From NCBI RefSeq assembly GCF_001194135.2, contig NC_069000.1:28879403-28943402 (forward strand): a stretch of 64,000 nt of DNA, written 5' to 3'. Below are positions 62,793-64,000 of this stretch, piece after piece (position 1 is the stretch's first letter; every line of letters begins with the position of its first letter). Source of the stretch: Octopus bimaculoides. Taxonomy: Eukaryota. The notes beneath the pieces are model-generated. The model had not been told where the DNA came from. It searched no databases and saw only the letters and a program-made list of their open reading frames with translations. Both the position numbers and the translations under genes were made by a program.

Positions 62793-63882
62793 TCAGACAT
62801 TTGGCTATACTGCCCCGGGAACACTCCTCCAAGAAACAGAGGAGGGTTCAGTAAGAGGCCAGCAACCTTTTCTCATCTCATATGCAACAAAAATTCTCCA
62901 AAGAAACCAGTTAGCATTGTGGATAAGAATGACTCAATGTGCTCTATGGTAATGGATGGTTGAATAACAAAATAGGCAACACCATCACCATCATTATCAC
63001 TTTGAGCTCATCATTGTTACTGTCACCTCTACAGAAACTACAATAGTAACAACACCTCATCCATCAATGAGACTCTATGTGGTCACTTGATCTGCCAGAA
63101 ATAACAGCCAAACCTTCTTTAAATCATACACTACAGTTTTATCCTTTTAGCATTTAGATTACTCTTTCAAATGTAGTACAAATTCATTCACAATGATTTG
63201 AATTAATTATGCATTATCTCATAGCTTTGAGATTTTAGTGATGTAATTGCTTAAGTTTTGAATGACATTGTTAGGTATAGGTGAAAGGCTGGATTTGGTC
63301 AATTTTAATATAGAACAGGTAGAAAATTTGGCGCTGGATATGGTCAGCTTAAATGCTAAAGGGTTAAACAAAAAAAGGACATATGAGATAATCCTACATA
63401 GCTCTATAAATGATCACAACTGGAATACATTTAAGAATATGTTTAAATCAGAGCTGACATTGGACTAAGCAATGGCACTGTGATGGTGACAAGGAGGGAG
63501 TTTCTACATGGTAGCCTGCTAGAAATAATAGCCAAATTCCTTTTTGCACTTATTATCTTAGAACATGAATGACTCATTGGACAATGATATTCTAAGATAT
63601 GCTATAGTCAAGACTGAAATACCTTTTTGACCATAATCAGACCTAATTTGGGGTTAAACAACAACAGCATGACCTGGCTAGAAATAGCAGTCGAGCTTTC
63701 TAAAATATCTTTCTCTTAACTTTAAAAAAAAAAGGGAACACAAATTGGATGAGATTATGTTTGAAATATATTTCTGATGATCCTAGGGCTGAAATGAAAC
63801 TAAACAACGAATATAGCATTAATATTACAAACACTATACTACTATGACAGTCATCACAAGCTAAATGTTCACCACCACCATA

Positions 63883-64000
63883 CTGGGTTGGTGCATGAAT
63901 ATTTCGGCTTTTTTTTTTCAACAAATTTCATTCAACAAAAAAATAACAATATTTAACAAAAATATCTTTAAATGATGGTCTGACTGTCTACCAAGCAAAT
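63883..64000. mobile_element. mariner terminus cut by the window edge
   Basis: TA|ctgggttggtgcatgaatatttcggctttt resembles a mariner TIR (ttaggttggtgcaaaagtaattgcggtttt type). Confidence 0.55.

Overview
AT-rich, repeat-saturated metazoan genomic DNA, with about 5.8 kb of N in 14 gaps, most flanked by TA/CA microsatellites. The SINE and RTE 3'-end families look to me like those abundant in Octopus genomes; this is recognition from memory, not a database hit. No host protein-coding gene can be called confidently; there are only two weak candidate exons. The window consists of decayed mobile DNA: about ten Tc1/mariner copies or fragments, hAT relics and MITEs, long foldback elements, two internally deleted Gypsy elements, many RTE LINE pieces, L1/Tx1, RLE-type and Penelope-like fragments, and three tRNA-derived SINE families. 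The main signal outside the ORF track is a set of at least five type I minimal hammerhead ribozyme motifs with unrelated stems and palindromic stem III (5322, 10233, 12746, 44821, 48553). Two of them share the same non-canonical core (U4C plus an A-U pair closing stem II). One sits in a ~200-nt CpG-rich, ORF-less, multi-hairpin cassette resembling a retrozyme or non-autonomous Penelope derivative. Edges of decayed repeats are approximate.
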